Assembly (NCBI GenBank): GCA_001662655.1
Contig: KV460271.1
Reading direction: 5' to 3' (one strand)
Length of the DNA: 64,000 nucleotides
From: Pseudogymnoascus verrucosus
Taxonomy: Eukaryota
Shown: piece after piece, positions 60,493 through 64,000 of the stretch
Layout of the letters: the number at the start of each line of letters is the position of its first letter
Position numbering within the stretch: the first letter of the stretch is position 1
Position numbers and translations under genes: made by a program
The notes under the pieces: model-generated
What the model was told of the DNA's origin: nothing
Seen by the model: the letters and a program-made list of their open reading frames with translations, nothing else
Database searches by the model: none

Positions 60493-61229
60493 TCAACAGT
60501 ATATGTTGGAATTCTGATCCTGGGCGATGAAACCCGATACTCCAAACATATCCTGCTGAGTTGACGCAGGATTGGTGAACGTGAGCGGAGCGGGCCCTCC
60601 CACCTGGGGATTGGCCCCGAGTTCGGCGAAGTTAACGCTGCCTGAAAGGTCATACGCAAGTGTGACTTCCGTTGGAAGATTTGGGGACGAGTAAAGAGTG
60701 CAGGTGCGTTTACCGTGATCGAGATTATCTGGAGCAAACGTATGCTTGAAGACCCAGTTCGTGCAGGTCGTGATATTTTTGATGCATAACCCTATACAGT
60801 CGCACGCGCTTTTAACAGTAGGGAAGTATATGTTTACAGTAGTAACGACGCCGGTCATATCGATGCCTTGGTAGTCTTCAGGTTTTTGGCCATTAGTTGT
60901 AACGCTCTATTCTTTAACTAAACACACAAGTAGAGCACTTACAGCGAACGCATCCTCCATCCTCTGAGGGAGTTACTAAGCCTGGAAATGTCGCTGGAGT
61001 TACTTTCCCCTTGCAGATGGCGCCGTCCCTTCTAATATTTAGAATACGCAGACTCTATAAGATGGTTTCTAGCATACCATCGTTTATTAGCGGTTTTGAA
61101 AATATTAATCTGACTGTGGTCGTTATCGTTGTCGTTATCGTTGCTATCCCTCACATAAAGAGAGTTAGATGGAGAGGCGAGAGCAGTTGAGGCTGCGAAA
61201 GCAAGGGCGAGAGGAGCTGTGTAGCGCAT
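60493..61229 (-). CDS. Small secreted Cys-containing protein with a PAN/apple-like Cys pattern, 3 exons
   Basis: Exons 61229-61078, 61028-60943, 60875-60493. Signal MRYTAPLALAFAASTALA, acidic DN-repeat propeptide ending in KR, then WDGAICKG...CVRYYQGIDMTG...SACDCIGLC...CTNWVF...CTLYS. Confidence 0.78.
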
Positions 61230-61481
61230 GTTGTGCAATGGAGACCACGCACGGGTCCTTCGTGATATTAATTGATGTTAGTTTGAGTGTTTGAGAAATA
61301 GAAGAGGAGATTCGAAACTGTAGGTTTGCTATGAATTTGTATTTGCGTTTATATTATCTCATCCAATTATTACGTAGCTTGACACCATCACATTCTATAG
61401 CTCAGCTTAAAATAAATAAGCTAGCATGGTAATCTCGATCTAGCATTCCGCCCAGACTATTCCTCTGAAATCTCCACCATA

Positions 61482-61900
61482 ATAGGCAACCTAATGGACG
61501 AGTACCGTGACTTGTACCCTTCAAACAACGTACTTAGGCCTCTACCGCCTTTTGGCTCGACATCAGCCGTGTCAGACTCTGCATCTAGGCTTCAGAATGG
61601 GCAGCTGGCGGTTCTAAGAGCAACGTCTACACATATTTCTAGACTCATACACCACCAGTTGTTGAAAGCGTACCATAGCTCTGATCTGTGGTGAGCACCT
61701 GCGGTCTGGTTACCACGGATCAGAGCTCTGGTACGCTTTCAACAACATCCCTTACGGCTCTGGCGATTGCGTGCCGACCATTTGGGGCTCTGATGACTTG
61801 GCTATCGAGGCTCAGATATCGCAATACTGGATCAACTTCATTAAACCTGGGACCCGAATGGAGGAAATCTCGCCTACTTCCCTCCGACTACAGAAGACTT
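61482..61900 (+). pseudogene. Type-B carboxylesterase C-terminal fragment, frameshifted
   Basis: From 61711: YHGSELWYAFNNIPY...IEAQISQYWINFIK, then a frameshift to GDPNGGNLAYFP. This matches the catalytic-His and YWxNFxKxGDPN motifs. No N-terminal GxSxG region or intact frame was seen. Confidence 0.75.
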
Positions 61901-62061
61901 GACCAAGGTTATGTGGTTTAGTGATCGGTAGAGCGACGACGAACGGTATTACGGATGATTCACGTATTAACTTTATTACGAAGTGGTTCCGTATATTAAA
62001 AAGAGTGGTGAAGAAGATGGAATGCGGCTTCAACAGCTTTATACTTCTTACTTTTCTTTAG

Positions 62062-62463
62062 CTACGCTGTCTCTAATTTACATCCACAACTAGTGCAAAA
62101 CTTATCGCTCGCCCCGCAGCCACCTCCACAATGTCTGCAATACTTCTTGGCGTTAACATCCCCTTTACCACTGCTATATACTGGCGGAAACTCAACACGT
62201 CCGGTTTGTGTCCCACTTTCTCCCGCTTGAACCTGCTCAACGCGCTGCCTCTCCTTTGCGATAGCTTCATCGATAGCGGCTTGCGTACGTCTCTCTCTAT
62301 CTTCTTCGTCGCGCCTTCTTAGCTCGTTCGCCATCTGGTTGTTCTGATATAACTGTTCTTGGCGTGCCACCTCGTGTCTGGCCGACGATCGTGATGCCCC
62401 CATGATTACTGCAGTACCTAGCAGCGGGGCAGCCATCATTGGTCTTCTGCGACGCCCAAACAT
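62062..62463 (-). CDS. Small protein with a basic/hydrophobic N-terminus, short coiled coil and C-terminal zinc ribbon
   Basis: 133-aa ATG ORF ending YCRHCGGGCGASDKFCTSCGCKL. Confidence 0.8.
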   Translation of the reverse strand: MFGRRRRPMMAAPLLGTAVIMGASRSSARHEVARQEQLYQNNQMANELRRRDEEDRERRTQAAIDEAIAKERQRVEQVQAGESGTQTGRVEFPPVYSSGKGDVNAKKYCRHCGGGCGASDKFCTSCGCKLETA

Positions 62464-63324
62464 TTCGAATCCAACCAGCCGGTCTGTTTTGAGCTCGAGA
62501 TTCTTATTCTGTAGATTGTGGTAGGAAATCGTAAGAATTCAAGGCAAGTTTGTATGAATCGCTCATTTGCTAGAAGCTTAAACTAGAGGAAGTAAAGATT
62601 CATACTTAGATCGCGTAAAGCAAATCATGACGATTCTTATATAGATATGTTGGCAGCATATGGTAACCCATTGCGTAATGTGAAAACTTGTGCCTAAACT
62701 CGAATTATCAAGCTATGAGAATTAGTTAGCAATTGACTATACTTACGAATGATGCTTCTTGCCACTCTAAATAATTCTCGGAATTATTAGCGTGATTTCG
62801 TTTAACCGTGCTTATGATTGGGCATTCAGTATAAAAAGGGTTGGCCTGTCTTAGACCGCATTTACGGTTACATCATCGGCACAGCATCGGGTGATATTCC
62901 TTCATTAGTTTATCTCTCTAGACTGTAAGAGGGCGCTGACACTTTCTCTTACACCGTAGTCGATCTCTAGTGATACCGCATTGGCGGCTCGACCCGCCAC
63001 CTACGACACTCCAAACATCTGGAGCTTAAATCGCTCTAGTCAACTTGCTAAGTTAGGCTCAACCATGGCCTAGTTCTGGCCATTTTGCTTACGGTAGAGG
63101 ATTCTTGAGTCTGGCCAATTAATCCCTTAAGGATATGGAGATACTAGGTTCGCACCCGAACGAACATGCCTGTTGGCATCTACGTAGGTAACGAGTCCCA
63201 TATATATATAACTTGATAGAATAGCCTATTCTATGGCTTTAAGCATCGACTACTACCTAATATCACTTTATCTTTTAAATTTTAAAACTCCACTATTCAA
63301 ACGGATAAATTCAGATCATTAGCC

Positions 63325-63627
63325 ATGGGTTCTGCGTCAAGAGTTATTTCTGTGATCTTTCGGCTTATGCAGCTTGTTTCTGGGGCTGTTGTCGCGGGGA
63401 CCCTGGGACATTATCTCAATAACATCCACGAAGCAGGTGTTGGCAGTAACCGTCGAGGTGTGTATGCGATCGCTATCGCAGGCATCTCCATATTCTTCGC
63501 CTTGGTCTTAATGCCACCTCTAACCTACTCATTTTATGCCTTCGCCACTAAAAGAGGACATGAGGATGTAGTGGCTATGGCTAGACCTGCTACATCACAG
63601 CGATTCTGGGTTGGCACGATTCATTAG
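63325..63627 (+). pseudogene. MARVEL-like membrane protein gene, apparently truncated after two TM helices
   Basis: MGSASRVISVIFRLMQLVSGAVVAGTLGHYL...VYAIAIAGISIFFALVLMPPLTYSFYAF is MARVEL-like; similarity is lost after about 63545 with no obvious splice donor, and katG ends about 100 bp after the stop. Confidence 0.55.
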
Positions 63628-63723
63628 CTTCTTAATGAAGAATAGACTCATATTGTTGCAATTTGCTAACTAGCTTACGTGCCGTTGGGCTGAAATTTAC
63701 CAGGATAGGTGAGGTAGGGTATA

Positions 63724-64000
<277 letters not shown>

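Overview
Eukaryotic DNA from a filamentous ascomycete: short GT-AG introns with CTRAC-type branch sites and typical fungal gene families (genus not determinable from this window). All domain and family calls come from motif recognition by eye; no searches were run. Layout: (1) 1-8.7 kb is gene-free, low-complexity DNA with strand-biased, RIP-like composition. (2) 8.7-50.8 kb is a largely conserved-looking block: URB2, two large hypothetical proteins, a small acidic protein, a CobW/ZNG1 zinc-chaperone GTPase, an RWD-like/PARP-domain gene divergent from a permuted-papain-like gene, a Pex24-family peroxin, a Pom1-like DYRK kinase, a Rieske/AIF-like oxidoreductase, a Rossmann-fold protein, a long coiled-coil protein, a Cys-rich single-pass membrane protein, SIN-type Cdc14, GGPP synthase and an amino-acid permease. 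(3) 50.8-57.2 kb is a long non-coding region upstream of the permease with a GATA-site cluster. (4) 57.2-64 kb looks accessory: an AT-rich border, a secreted Cys-rich protein with a Cdh-like HIT motif, a Fot1/pogo transposase relic, a secreted PAN/apple-like protein, a carboxylesterase pseudogene, a zinc-ribbon protein, a truncated MARVEL gene and the 3' end of catalase-peroxidase. Best novelty candidate: the coiled-coil protein at 39592-42015 carries a CC1-box-like AAxxG motif and a Spindly-motif-like LASEL about 255 residues later, the architecture of animal dynein-dynactin activating adaptors, and a stop-free in-frame intron splits that box.
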